Origin: Tubulanus polymorphus
Taxonomy: Eukaryota > Animalia > Nemertea
Length of the DNA: 64,000 bases
NCBI RefSeq assembly: GCF_964204645.1
Contig: NC_134032.1
Location: forward strand, 13,752,275 to 13,816,274
Reading direction: 5' to 3'
The position numbers and the translations under genes are program-made. The notes beneath the pieces were generated by a model, which saw only the letters and a program-made list of their open reading frames with translations, had not been told where the DNA came from and made no database searches. Below, piece by piece: positions 11,748 through 60,480 of the stretch. Numbering within the stretch: the stretch's first letter is position 1; each line of letters starts with the position of its first letter.

Positions 11748-12208
11748 TGGTTCGAGCCCGGGACACCCCAGTACATCCTCTATTCAGCATCAGGAGCACT
11801 CTGAACCAGGAATAGGATCATTAATCACTGGGTTCGAACCCGGGACCCCCCTGTACATCCTCTTCAGCATCAGGATCATTCTGAATCAGTGTCAGTAATA
11901 ACTGGGTTCGAACCTGGGACACCCCATGTACAGTATTCAGCATCAGGACTGACTCTGAATCACTGTCAGTAATTACTGGGTTTGAACCCGGGACACCCCT
12001 GAACATCCTCTATTTACCATCAGGACCACTTTGAATCACTATCAGTAATCACTTGGTTCAAACCCAGGACACCCCTGTACAGTATTCAGCATCAGGACTG
12101 ACTCTGAATCACTATCAGTAATTACTGGGTTTGAACCCGGGACACGCCTGTACAGTATTCAGCATCAGGACTGACTCTGAATCACTGTCAGTAATTACTG
12201 GGTTTTCG
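11748..12208 (+). repeat. ~74-bp tandem array, each unit with a Pol III B-box-like motif
   Basis: GGTTCGAGCCC/GGTTCGAACCC-like motifs at 11749, 11831, 11905, 11979, 12055 and 12128, with a partial copy at ~12201. Confidence 0.85.
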
Positions 12209-12424
12209 ACATTGTCACAACTGTGCAACTGGGACCAGTATCATTCCTTATACTGAGATTTTAAGACAATGCAGAGTGGGCTATCCTTGCTTGCCAGAGC
12301 TTGACTGCCTCCAACCAACGGAGTCGCACGAGGCTATACTGACAACAAACTTCAGGAGAACTGGAAAAAACCTCTGCAAGTGATAAGAAAAACCATTTAA
12401 TTCATTGTATGCATGAATAAGTAA

Positions 12425-12430
12425 TTTATT
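12425..12430 (-). terminator. Candidate RhoGAP polyadenylation signal
   Basis: AATAAA on the - strand at the distal end of an AT-rich 3'UTR-like tract. Other AATAAA hexamers exist nearer the stop codon. Confidence 0.35.
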
Positions 12431-14176
12431 AGAAACGATTTAAACAATAGTGACAGGTGACAACTGACCCCGCCCTGATCCCTTAATGACAGAGACAGCC
12501 CCACCCTTATCCCTTGATGACAGTTATAACCCCACCCACTTATAACATCTCGCGCCTACGCATACGACACATTGTATCCCACCACCTTTCGTGACAATGA
12601 ATCCCGCCCATTTATGACGACACAGAATCGCTGTACCGCTTAATTGAAATCTCATGTTTCCAAGGCGACAATGATCTCGATTACAACAATGAGTATTACA
12701 ACAATGGCTTCGGTTCATTTAAAAACTGCGTTTATAATTCTACCAAAGCGTAGAGAAAATTTTGCGACATGATTCAACGACGTGGGAGAAATATAGTTAA
12801 TTAAAAACATTCAATTCGAGTATCGTCTAAAAAATAACTAACAGAAATCAATAATAAAATATTAATCATAATCATTAATATAAATGCAGAATCGATCTGT
12901 ATAATATGAATAATATTCATAAACACCAGATCGAGAGGAATGTGACCTTTATTATCAATCAACGATGGATATTACAATTAAAACATAATCTGGTTGATTG
13001 TCGGGAATGTTGTAACCTTAAGTCGGGCGTAGGTCGAATCGTGACTGGTCACAATATCAAATGCGATTATCAGCGCGAGTAGTCTCCATTGGTGGCAAGA
13101 GTTGGTCAGTTGCGGCTAGCAGAGACAAGGCACATCGTGTCACTAGTGGTACGTGTAGAAATTACACGACTGGCATTGCTAGTAGTCGCAAGGACGCATA
13201 GGTCGATGGTTCTTTGGGACGGGATTGCCACTGCCAGCGATCCAATATTCTATGCTACCGAGTTGCAAGATCGACCTACACCCATCTTTACACGCGGGAA
13301 CAGTTTTTAAGAAATAGACTTTTCGAGATATTTATAACAACTTTTTAAATTTTATGAATAAATTAATAGATATTTGAATAATAACGATAACTGACCGTCG
13401 TTCAGTGATCAACACTTTGACAATTAATAAAACAATAATTAAATCCATAAACAGTGATTAATTAATCTCATAGTGCGTTAAGTATTTAATCTAATCAATA
13501 ATAGTGTAATAACATAGAGAACCAGTTCACAGCCCTGCTTAACGCCCCTCATATACTAATACTGAACTCCCCTCTTAACCCTGTACTCAAAATTCTACGC
13601 ATTTGTTGATTAAACACATCATTTAATTCAAATATTATGTCGATAATAAGTTTTCTCCGTGGCAAGCAAATTCTGGGGCAGTCGGATAATGATGATAGGT
13701 CATTATCGCATGAAATTATGAGTTGAAAAGTTGAAAAATTTCAACTTTACTTCTACCCAAGACGAGCAAAATTCCAAGGCAAATGTTTTTGCTCTCATCG
13801 TAGCAAACTATTGAAATGATTTCATCTATCCTATGGTGGAACTTTCCTTTGGGGATCTATGATAACTCACTTCTTTGCCACTTTAACCAACGCGATCTAC
13901 TTGATTGCTACACTTTTTCCACTGGTTCGATAAATAAACATCAATAACAACTACCGAGTAATTTGAAAAACAAGTCGTTTCTATGCGGCTCAACAAAATT
14001 GTGCGATTTCGTTTTCAGCAAATGAAAAGTCTCGTGAGAAATCACACTTAAAATGCCCTCTGTTGGCAATAGGTGGAACTTAAGTTTACCGGGAACCCAC
14101 GGAGGGTTAAAACATATATAGGTGATGAGATATTCATTGGTTCATTGTGGATCTGTGATAGGTCGATAAAGCTAAC

Positions 14177-17100
14177 TTAATGCATCGATTGGTCAATTGC
14201 AGGTTTCCTAGTCCATGATTGGTCGATTTGTGGGATCCTGCTCTGTGATTGGTTGATGATTATGATATCACATCTTTAATCACCCACTCAGCGTTAGGAT
14301 TCACATGGTACAGAGCTAACATTCGTGTTTTATGATGTAAACACCTTTCCCCTAAAAATCATCAATCAAAACAAATAATATGATAAATCGTAGAAATTTC
14401 CCAACGATTTCGATGTTTTTAATTCTCTCAGTGCTGAATAATTAATTCCTGAAAGTCCTGGTGATAATTTGAACATTTAAAAAAATCCCCACCCAAGTGT
14501 GTTGAAAAACGGGAATACTGCTATAGCGCGTCTACACCAAAGCTCGGTGTATCATAAGTTACTAATATTTCACCATTTGATACACCTGCTGCCATCTTTC
14601 AATAGAGACCAAATAAAGATGAAAACTAATTACGAATAACATAAATACACTGCGGTGCAGCGTACTAGCACTATCAAAATCCATCACCAATTTATACACT
14701 GCACTGCAGTGTAGACGCACTGAAAGGGCTATGGTATAAACGATAAAGCGATTGTTACCTATATTTCCACCAATTTCGTATAAATGCGTTAAGTCTTTAG
14801 CGAAACTCGGTCGTCGCGGTCTGACGTTTATTGAGCTGTCAGAATTTGACCGGCTGAAAAATAAAACAATTCATGGACTGTATTTGAGCTGTAAAGTGAA
14901 AGGAAGACTGGGAAGAGGGAGTGAGAGAGAGGCATAGATTGCGTTAGAGATGAACATTGAAAGTAAAGAGAGAGAAAGTGAGGACATAGACTGGGTTAGA
15001 GCTTAAGAGAAAGAGGAAGATAGTGAGAAGAGATGGGAGAATGAGAGGAATAGGAAAGAGGGGTGAGGAGTGAAAGGGGAAGAGAGATTGGAGATAATAG
15101 AGTGTCGAGAAGGAAAGGAGACAGAGAGCAGAAAAAGAGCAGTTGGAAGGGGTTAAGGGCTGGGAAGGGGAGACCAGGTTCAGAGGGGGAGACCAGGAGA
15201 AGTTAAGGGCTGAGAAGGGGAGACCAGGTTCAGAGGGGAGACCAGGAGAGGGTTAAGGGCTGAGAAGGGGGGACCAGATCTAATTCAATAAACTTACGTT
15301 CCAGCACCATTTTGAACTTTCATGAACTGACGGAATTTCACGATGACATCGAAAGCTGTAGTTTTATCATCGATTTGAATCGGTTTGGCAGTTTTACCCG
15401 TCGTCGAGCCGGCATGAGTCGTTACTCGGATTATATTCTTCTGATAATCTTCCTGAAATACACGAACAAACATCAAAAACAAATCAGTAGTATCTGTTTT
15501 ACAGCTATCAATCCGCAGTTCGTATGAACCCCTTCAGTCAAGATCACAATCTTTAAATGAACTGATTGTCTTACTATATTATTAGTCTTCTGTTTTTAAG
15601 CATTTCTATTTAAAAATTACTGTAGATGACTGTATCAGAGTGGCTACTTTTATTTGACTTGCTTTTACCAAATACCAAACCATCACTATTCCCTGACATG
15701 CACATTATTTTCCCAGACATCTGCTTAGAATCCAATCAATTAACACAGTCAAATAAGTAAGACATAGGCGGAAACAGTTTGATTTTAGGCATAAAATTTC
15801 CCTGACTTTTCCCTGATCTTTAACTTTTTAACAAGTTTCCCTGACTTTTCTAAAGAAAAGAAAATTCCTTGACAATTCCCCGACTTTTTGACGAGAAGTA
15901 ATTTCCCTAACTTCTTCTCTGATTTCCAGGAAAGTGGCCATCATGCATCAGACAGAAGATTCATTTTGCGCATAAATCATGATAGACTGAATTTATTTCA
16001 GAAATCATTACCTCATTTAAAATGGCAGTTTTTTTGTAAGCTTCTGATTTGTCTTTTTTCGTCAATAATTTCATAATCTACGAAAAAACAACAATGAAAA
16101 AGTTTCAATTAGAATCATCGCGGGACCGGTTACAGTTAAAGATATATCCCGTAGCGCCGGATTCCCGACCGGAATCTTACCGAACGTGACTTTTTAATTT
16201 GTTCGCTTTCGTACTGATGTCTGATTTGAGTAATCATAAAATATGGAACCTACAACGAAACAAATTCCATCTATCAGTCAAAAGGAAAGAAAAGGCATAA
16301 AGCAGCCATGTCAAAGGCCATAAGCGAGATCCCACTCTCGCTGTTTAGATATATTTGATGAAATATTCCCTTAAAGATGCAAATTCACAGTATGTGTCAA
16401 ATTTGTAGGTTTTCTGTCTTCTGAAGAAAAGAGTAGCCTGAATGGGAATGGGAAGGTAGAGGTTAGGAGCCCTGAGACCACCCCCGAAATCCGCCCCTGG
16501 TATGCTACTTACGGTCCACAGTATATCCTGATATTTAATCAACATCCGGACGATGTTAGCGGTACCGGCGGCCATATTGATTTCGAAATCTTTAATGACG
16601 CTTTTACGATTGCCCTGCGATTGGCTGAGGAATAAGTTCGGAGCGATGATCATCGATACGTTGTTTATGTTCATTTTATTGTTGTCCTCGCAGGCGATCA
16701 CCTCTGCCAGAAACCGTAGCAACAACTGACAACAAATTCAAAAGCATTTCATTAAATTTCGATTCTAAATAAATAGATATTTCAAATACTCAAGATTTTT
16801 CGCGTCAAATCTAGATTAATTCAAAAATCAAGATCCATCAGGTCATTTTCAACGTTCTAACTTTTCAGTCAAATTAATAACCCATCACAAAACATTCAGA
16901 AGTTTAGACTTACTTTAAGCATCTCTTGTTCTGTATTTGGCAGAAGGATTATGAGTAAATTTAGGGCTTTAACTTGTTGTTTCCGGTCTGCTATATCTAC
17001 AAATATAATGAATGCCGTCTTTTAATGTTTCCTGGCACTGAGTATAAGCGAATGCGGTGAGGTACTCCGAGTACTTACTTTCTATCAACGCGAAGGCCTC

Positions 17101-20100
17101 GAGGTACTCGTGAGTGAGTAAAGGACTGGGTAATTCTCGTAAGTACTGTTTAAGTATAGCTGCCATGTCGTTAGGATGTACGTTCTCCCAGCTGAATGAA
17201 CCGGTCTGGAATTTCTCTTCAATATCTGTTCTTAGGGCCTGAAAATAGAATCCAACAGAAAACTGTTAGATGATTGATAGAGAGAAGGGATATTGGAGAA
17301 GGTTCAGGTCCCCCTCATTATTGCAGTGGTCCAGACTGATGAACTCCTAAATTTTTACTTTTTTTCATATCCTTTCAATTGGCTTTTTTCTCACGAAAAA
17401 TACAAGGATCACACATAATTTCAACAGATTTTTTACATTCTACGCAACATTCTTTTATAGATTTTTTCAAAGTAATGTTTATCCCGAGACCCTAAAGCAG
17501 AGTGTAGGATGATGAAGGGGAAATAGGGTAAAAAGAGGGTTTACGTTCACCTTTATTCTGGACGCTGATCCCGGAACCCTGAGCAACCCTTCCTCATGAA
17601 GACACGTGTTCATCAAATTATCAATTATCTGAAACGGACGAAACAATAATCGAAATTTTAGAACGCAACCAATTTTAGAGATGAACGTTAGTTTGGATGA
17701 GACGATATTTGTTTATTACCTGTTTAAAGAATAAAGGCACGCGTAGATTAGGCTGTTTACGGCGGTCCTGCTCCAGCTGTAAACCACACGATACACCAAA
17801 CACTCCTGTATCTACAACAACAAAAAAAATCCTTTTTTAAAATAATGATAGAAATAATCAAACACGTTATACCGTAATCAGAGCGACGAAATTAACCTTT
17901 ATTCTTTTTCTTCGATTTCCTCGCGTAGTAAACGATGTGATGCGAATCGAACACAGCCGTCAATTCAATTAAAGCCAATGATTTTATTCGACACAAATCT
18001 TCATTGCTCAAATCGTTGATTGTCGTACACCCGAGCGGTTCCTCTTTCAATCGAAAAACCTGAATGAAATAAACCATCACACCGTTTTGAAGAGGGGTGG
18101 TAGGGTTAAATGGGGTTTGAACTAATTACTGAGGTCATCGACGATCCACAAGGTGTCGCTAGTGCGCAGTAGGACATCAACTACAGCGGTAATAGAGGAT
18201 TCTATGTGGCAAGTATGGATCCACCAGGTGTCACTCATGTGCAATAGGACATCCAACTACTGCGGCGATAGACGATTCCACTTGTGGCAAGTGAGGATCC
18301 AAAATACAGGTGTCACGTGTAGTCATCCGCATTTCTTCTACTTTTCCATTAAAATTGAATCAAATTTACTCTAGATCTTAAGAATCCAGTCAAAAATTGC
18401 TACAAAATGAACTTATTTAGACCCTTAACGTAAAACTGACTGCGAATCACGCCATCTGGTGGCAGCTACAGCTGGTATTAACCTACCGGTAAATCGCGTG
18501 GTTTTCTATTGCCAAATTCTAGTTTCTGATCGGGAGTAAGGAGGCCGCCGCCCTCGTCGATCTCAAACGATATCTCGTTATCGGTAATCACCGAGGTAAT
18601 CGCCGATATCGAGTATCTATGCGGCGGTTGGTCGCGGTCTACGATCGTTCCCGTTGGTTGAATACTTATAGTCTCTATACCTACAACAATAATAATAGTT
18701 TTTCACAATATAAAATTCTCTCAAAGCTCTTAACAAAATATGGAGAAACATTTAGAATTTCTCTCGAGAAAAAACTATATATTCAATCTCACTGACAAGT
18801 GAATTACCAGGCCTTACTAATAAAATACTTCAACAGTCAAATTCTCGACACAATTGCGCACGAAAAATACACGAAAAAATAAAATTTGGAAGGACAAAGA
18901 TGATGTTTGTCTAAACGTTTTCAAAAAGAAGGACAAAGAAGGACTTGGAAGGTCCGCTGGAAACCCTGAAGAACTTCTCTAAATAATGCTATTTTAACTG
19001 CCATTTCATAAGAAAGGGATACAATACTTTGAGTTTAACTGTACATGTTGATAAGGTAACTAACCAGTAGTTGCTAAGGCCTCCTCTACGACATCGTCGC
19101 CCGTTGCCGTCATGTTGTACTCGGCACGGTTTTTGAAGATGTGCTGACCTTTAGCGCTACCTCTACGCTTGTGTTTAGTTTGATCGGAGTTACGGAGGAA
19201 TTCCGGAGAGACCGGAGCGCTAGCACTGTCTCCCGCTTGCACAGTTCCCTACATTAGAATAAACAATCAACTGTAATATTTTGTAGACCTCCAGGGCCCA
19301 GTTCCATAGACTGAGTATCAAAGTTATCCCTAGTGGTAAATCTTCAATCTGGGCGACAACCACCATAGTAACAATGAGAAACCATGGTTATAACTGACGA
19401 ATTCCAAAATATTCCCAGGGACTATTTTTCTTCCACATCTATGAAACCCAGCCCAGAAGTTGTGAGTAGATACTATATTAAGTAGGCCTACATACATATG
19501 TATGGAGGTAAGAAATTAAGTAACATTTCAGACCTGCAGAGGTTATGAGGTATATACCTCTGGATCAAGGAGGTAATTACCTCAGGAGGTTGTGAGGGTA
19601 GGTTGTGAGAGGTGGTAATTACCTCAGTAGGTTGTAAGGAGGGTAGGTTGTGAAAGGAGGTATTTACCTCAGGAGGTTGTGAGGGTAGGTTGTGAGAGGA
19701 GGAAATAACCTCAGTAGGTTTTAGGGAGGGTAGGTTATGAGATGAGGTATTTACCTCAGGAGGTTGTGAGAAGATGCGCCTCACATCGACGTGTCTTTGG
19801 CGTTTATTTGAGTGAACGACGTGAAGAGTTTCAAAGCGACGTTTAACGGCCTCCGCCTGCTGACGAGTTAGAGACGAGAACTCCTGATTTAAAACTTCAT
19901 CGACGTCGACGACAACTCCACTTTCTATTTCCGACACCAGGTGGCCGTAGCCCGCTTCTTTTAACCATTTAGACTCTTTTTCGCCTTCTACAAACGAAAA
20001 TTTCGTAAGTCAAAAATATGCATCGTCAAATCTACAGCAGCGCCACCTAGTATATGAATATGTAATGCAGGTTCAGACTGGCAGGGAGATCCCACCAAAT

Positions 20101-20519
20101 TCCCCTCATACATCCTTGATCCCTCAGGGGCCCTTCTCCAAATCATAAGATATCCTCAACAGGGACTATTCCTTATCACGAGGTTCCTTCCGCAAGATCC
20201 AGATTCCAAAGAACCAGACACAAAAATTCAAATTCCCTGACTTTTCAAGAAAGAGTCAGAATTCCATGATCTTCCTTGATCTATTAGAGCCTTGTTACCT
20301 GACAGCGCCACCTAGTGTATAACTAAAACTAAAACACGTACCATCGGGAGTTTTTGAGCCGCTCGTTTCTGTATCCTCGTTTTCGTGTTCGACGTCCAGA
20401 CGTCCGTCTGTCAGACAAATACTCCCGCTTCGCTCGATATCTTTAAACTCGTTCCAGAAATCTTCGAGTAAATCTTTCGACGGACTCAAACCGGCCGCAA
20501 GTGTTTTATTGGACGCCAT
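14177..20519 (-). CDS. ARHGAP18: Rho GTPase-activating protein, ARHGAP18/28/40 (Conundrum) family, 15 exons
   Basis: Exons (-): 20519-20342, 19987-19755, 19248-19065, 18680-18487, 18059-17897, 17811-17720, 17628-17551, 17238-17079, 16996-16914, 16725-16513, 16249-16181, 16077-16012, 15452-15298, 14853-14759, 14351-14177 (TAA). Family motifs: LEDFWNEF, EGEKESKWLKEAG, IKSLALIELTAVFD, arginine finger EGLLRVPGS, LKQYLRELPSPLL, NKMNINNVSMIIAPNLF, LYEIGGNIGERCL...NPNAEWVIK. In-frame stop upstream of the ATG. Confidence 0.93.
19558..19770 (-). repeat. 42/45-bp tandem repeat containing multiple copies of the RhoGAP exon-2 5' splice site
   Basis: CCT(C/A)CTGAG|GT(A/T)A recurs with exon ends at 19755, 19710, 19668, 19623 and 19581 (all in frame) and 19558 (out of frame). 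Confidence 0.88.
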
Positions 20520-55683
<35,164 letters not shown>

Positions 55684-56794
55684 GTACGTTGAGAGCGCAC
55701 TCTATAAATACGCAATCATCAACTATTATCGTTTCGGTAGCTCTCAATGGATCGGGGCTGTAACGACTGTACAGTAGCTCCCCCTAGGTCATAATGTGGT
55801 CAATAGGGGGCTCTGTACGTTGGTATAAGCGCTCTATTTTTGTGTGTCAGTTTTTCTATCTAAAGAACAAAATTGTGATAAAAAATCTTCTAGATTTTTA
55901 TGTTAAAGGTTCATATATGGAAAATCTCCTCAGCACGGCCCTCGTCCTAAAAATCCTTCACCACGGCGATGAAACTCGTCTCGGTAGTTATCACTATAAA
56001 GAGGAACGTTCCATGCATGAATCCTGTATACTCTCCACTCGCTGTGGTATAAAATACACCTGATATACTGTTACACTGTAATACAATGTATAGACACAGC
56101 CAGCAGCAGCTACCCAGTCACACAATGTAGCATAATACGCACGATGTAACACGGCACAATGTAGTGATGTACCTTGACACAATGTAGCGATGTACTTTAA
56201 CACAATGTAGCTGCGTACCAGAGCACAATGTGGGGGTGTAACATAGCGCAAGAATATTTAATAAGTGACTAGTTTGATGGTATGCAATGTAACTAGTTGT
56301 TTGGTATGAGACTAGTTAGATGGGGGTGCGGTATATACAATGTAGCTGGTTGCACAGTGTATATACAATGTAATTAGTCTCAGCAGTGTTTTATATCATG
56401 GTTTAGGGATATTTTCGCATGCTTTCGATGAAGGGTCTATGTGTAGAAGTATATCAAATGGTTTTCAGCTTAGCTTTTACTTGCGGTGGATGAAATTTTA
56501 GAAATGGTTTACGGATATATTCCTAATATGTAACAATCCAACGTTGCGATAGTAACTCGTAATGATCTAAAGGTTAGACCCGAGTCTTCCTGTTAATTAA
56601 GTTTTATTGATCTATGATTCGCCTAGATTCATCTTTTAGTGTCAAATAAAAGAAATTCTTTTAACTCTAAAGCAATAAATGATTATGTTTATTATAAGTC
56701 GAAAGTTGACGGGTTACCGTGTAATTTTTAAGACGGTTAGATTTTTAATTCGAATTTGAATTTTTAAAAATTCATTTGCGGAAAATATGAAAAA

Positions 56795-57105
56795 CGGGGT
56801 TCGTACCAGTCCTTAAAGTCCCGGAAAAATTATGGAAATAAGTAAAATTTTTCAAGGCTTGGAAAAATTTTTTTTAAAGTTTCATTGTTATTTTTTTTGA
56901 AGCAATGGAAAAGCTATGGAGTTTTAGAAACCTGGTCTGCATAATTTTTGCTTTCAGTTTTAAGATTATAGGCCTAATTTTTGTTTTAATGAACTTTTAA
57001 ATCTGCCTTAGCGAATATAAGGCGCATTCCTCATTAAGTAGTTATATGGAAATTTGGTAATTTGGCCCAGGGAGAAGGTATGACTGCGAAAAAGTACGAA
57101 CCCTG
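56795..57105. mobile_element. MITE with C(A/G)GGGTTCGTAC TIRs
   Basis: CGGGGTTCGTAC ... GTACGAACCCTG. Confidence 0.65.
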
Positions 57106-57808
57106 AAAAATATCTGTGGCTCAATTCACCTAAGGAATTCGTTTAGTGATTGTAGCATTCATTGTATAGGATTAAAATAACTTATTGCATCGTTCCAGAA
57201 ATGTTAGTTAATCAATATTGAACTTAATAATTGATTGATTATCATTTCGTTGCTTTTAGTCGATGGTTAAAAAGTATTGTACAAAAACGAATAAATGTTA
57301 TAAATCAAAAAATTAGAGAAATTTTTATACCGACAAAAATTAATTTTATAACTACGTAATATATATGTTATGAATATTAAAAAATATATATATATATATC
57401 TAGAATTTATCGAAAAAATGTCTCGCATATGATTATCATCGGAACGGTCAATAGATGGCGCCGCAGTGTATAAACAACAATCTCCGCATAGTAGAATTTT
57501 AGATTTGTATGGATTTATTTTAACATAAAAGTACGTTATTTTAATTCCAAAACGGAATCATGATTATGATTTATGCTAAATGATTATGTAAATTTATGTG
57601 AATATATTATAGGACGTATACATCGTGGTGTGTGTAAAATGATTCAGTTGAATTTCTGGTCAGGCTGAAAATATACAATGTTAGAAAATACTGATGAGAT
57701 ACAAAGTCGACATCGCATAAACAGCTTTAATTATTATGTAAATGTATTTATAGTAAACTCCGCTTCTTTAGAGGAGACTCCGCCTACGTCTTCATAGTAG
57801 ACACTGCC

Positions 57809-57991
57809 GACACTGTCTACCGCTATGGTTGACACTGTCTACCGCTATGGTTGACACTGTCTACCGCTATGGTTGACACTGTCTACCGCTATGGTTGACA
57901 CTGTCTACCGCTATGGTTGACACTGTCTACCGCTATGGTTGACACTGTCTACCGCTATGGTTGACACTGTCTACCGCTATGGTTGACACTG
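57809..57991 (+). repeat. 22-bp minisatellite x8
   Basis: GACACTGTCTACCGCTATGGTT x8; degenerate copies continue to ~58310. Confidence 0.93.
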
Positions 57992-58357
57992 CCTGTATAG
58001 TAGACGCATAGACACTGTCCTTCAATGGTAGACAGTATCAACCTCTGCTGCCTACGATAGACACTGTCTACCTGCCTAATGGTAGACAGTTTATGGTAGA
58101 CTCTGACTGAATAGTTTGTGCATAGCCACTGTCCATCGATGGTAGATTATATATACCTCAAATACCGGTATAGACACTGTCTACGTCTTTGAATATAGAC
58201 ACGTACAGTCTTCAGTTGGCCTTGTCTGCATCGAGGATAGACACTCTGCCTGTACAGTAGTCACTGTCTACCTCTAATATAGACACTGTCCGTACACTAG
58301 CCTCTAACTGTGTCAACACCTCTCAACTCACTGTTTATATCATTCTTTATATCTCAG

Positions 58358-58420
58358 AAGAAACGGCTTAGTGCGCCACCTTGTATGAATCAGCAGTACC
58401 TGATTCCACGTCCGGTCCCG
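58358..58420 (+). CDS. SCRIB: Candidate scribble exon (KKRLSAPPCMNQQYLIPRPVP)
   Basis: Pyrimidine tract + CAG, GTAAGT donor, 63 nt, phase 0-0. Confidence 0.65.
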
Positions 58421-60441
58421 GTAAGTGATGATCACTCGCAGCCCTGCTAGATCCTACTACTAACACACAGCGGTGGAACCGTACGCACGTCGTCCTCGGT
58501 TACTGGCCCGATAGTCATGTCGTGCCCCGCTGTTACCATGGTTACTATATTGTTATTTATCGATTATGTTATCTATTAACGCGATTTATTTCGGCTTCTT
58601 ATGAATTATAGAACAATTTTTTCCGATTATTTATATCTTTTTCATAGGGATACGTATATCCTGCAGGTTTGGAGCACTCCTGGTTCTGGTGGAGCATTCC
58701 TCCAGTTCTGAATGGAGCACTCCTCTCATATTGCGGCATGTTCATCACACACACACACTGCTATATCACTGCAACCCTCACTTACCAGTGTATCATTCAT
58801 TCCAATCTCTGATGAAAGGTTTTTACTCAAAAAACTAACCATGCGCGTTTAAAAAAAATCTTTAAGAGTCATTACTGCATGTTATTTTTTCCTTTTACCG
58901 TAAATCTTCTAATATTTCTCAGTATCAAACCGGTATTAACCCTTTCATAACGGAGATGCTCAGATTGCTGTGGCATGCGGGAAATCCTCAGGGACGGATT
59001 CTTTATAGTCACTTGGCGTTCGCTCAGATTATCATTATTTTAGATTGTGTTGTATAGACTATTGTATCGTTACCATGGCAACTGCAGCCAGAATTGTTCT
59101 CGATGTAGCAGCAGATTCCGTCCCTGTCGATGATGATGTTTCAAATTTCAATAATCGCTCCTATAGTTCGTTCGTCGTCGTAGTAACCGATCATTTTAAA
59201 GTTAATTTTTAGAGATTTTTCGAGGGCGCGAAAAAAGAAGAATTTATAATTATTTTCTCAACACTAGTCGTTCTTACTATCTAACGCGCCCTCTAGCAGT
59301 CAATATCGGTACTAATTTTGCTATTCTGCATTTTAAAGACGGAATGACACTCACTCGCCTCAGGTGGTGTCTATCCTCATATGATCGATACACGCCGCGT
59401 CGAACTGTAAATATTTTTAAATGGAGAAAAAAATATTTGAATATTATTTAAAAATGTGTTACCATAATCATTATTATTATTATTATTACTATTATTATTA
59501 ATATTATTAAATAATGAAATAAAATGTAAATATTTTCATGTAAAACAAAAATAAAACTGATTTGTTTGTATGATAATTTAATATATTTGATCATGATGTT
59601 CAATGCTGGATTTTTCTTCCCTTCCCCTCCACCTCAGGCATGTTGAGACTAAACCTTCCAGATCTAGTTCCGCAGTTGTGCGGTCTTTAATTGACTCTTT
59701 TTAGGGCGTCAGATTTGGTTTTGATCAAGCGCAGGGTCCAGCTTCGAGAAATAGTTTTTCTCAAAATTTTAGATCGTTCTCAATGAGGAAATTATAAACT
59801 AAACCGTTTTAAGCTTGAAATTTATTTTTCATAAAACTGGACCCAGGCCCAATTTCAAAGTTGTGAGGTTTGCCTCGCGATAGATATATTGAAAATGAAA
59901 TAGTTCATCTAAAAAGAGTCAAACCTAAGAACTGTGGAAACAGGGCTAGACAAATTTTAACTTGGAAGCGTTGAACTGGATCATAATTAATGATCGACTA
60001 ATATTTAGACTCTGAAGAAGTGGTTATCCGTAGGAGTGAGGAGTACTGCTGCATGGCGTTTAGTGGTATGCGTTAATCCAAGTGTGCTGCATGTCAGGAT
60101 CCTGCCCTGGATAGTGAGGCCAATCATCCACAAAATCTACGTCATTTGAGATGTGAAAAGATGAAGACACCAGATGCAGAAATCCGGGATGAAGTTGATT
60201 GGAGACTGTTTATGATTGAGAAATTAAGCTTAGATATTTAGAATTTTAGATGAGATGTAATGGTATTAAATCTTTATTTTGATCAAGATGGTTTTGGTTT
60301 TCTATTCAGTTCTGCTTGCATGGTTTATTTTGGGTTCTTTTGTGGTTTTTATTTATCTCATTATTGGTGCATGTAATAGATGTTTCCTCTACTACTATTT
60401 AATTCATCATCACTTTCCTCCTCCCCTTTATCATCCCCCAG

Positions 60442-60480
60442 ATGAAGCATGTGATACCTTCCTCTCGATGTAATCAGTTG
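60442..60480 (+). CDS. SCRIB: Candidate scribble exon (MKHVIPSSRCNQL)
   Basis: Strong pyrimidine tract + CAG, GTATGC donor, 39 nt, phase 0-0. Confidence 0.5.

Noticed and set aside
11658-11770. Intact intron-containing tRNA-Tyr gene
   Set aside because: No sequence completes the anticodon stem, T stem or acceptor stem; the first B-box unit cannot pair with CCCTCGA.
11748-12208. CRISPR-like array (palindromic repeat with spacing)
   Set aside because: The intervening sequences are homologous to each other rather than unique spacers; eukaryotic context with no cas genes.
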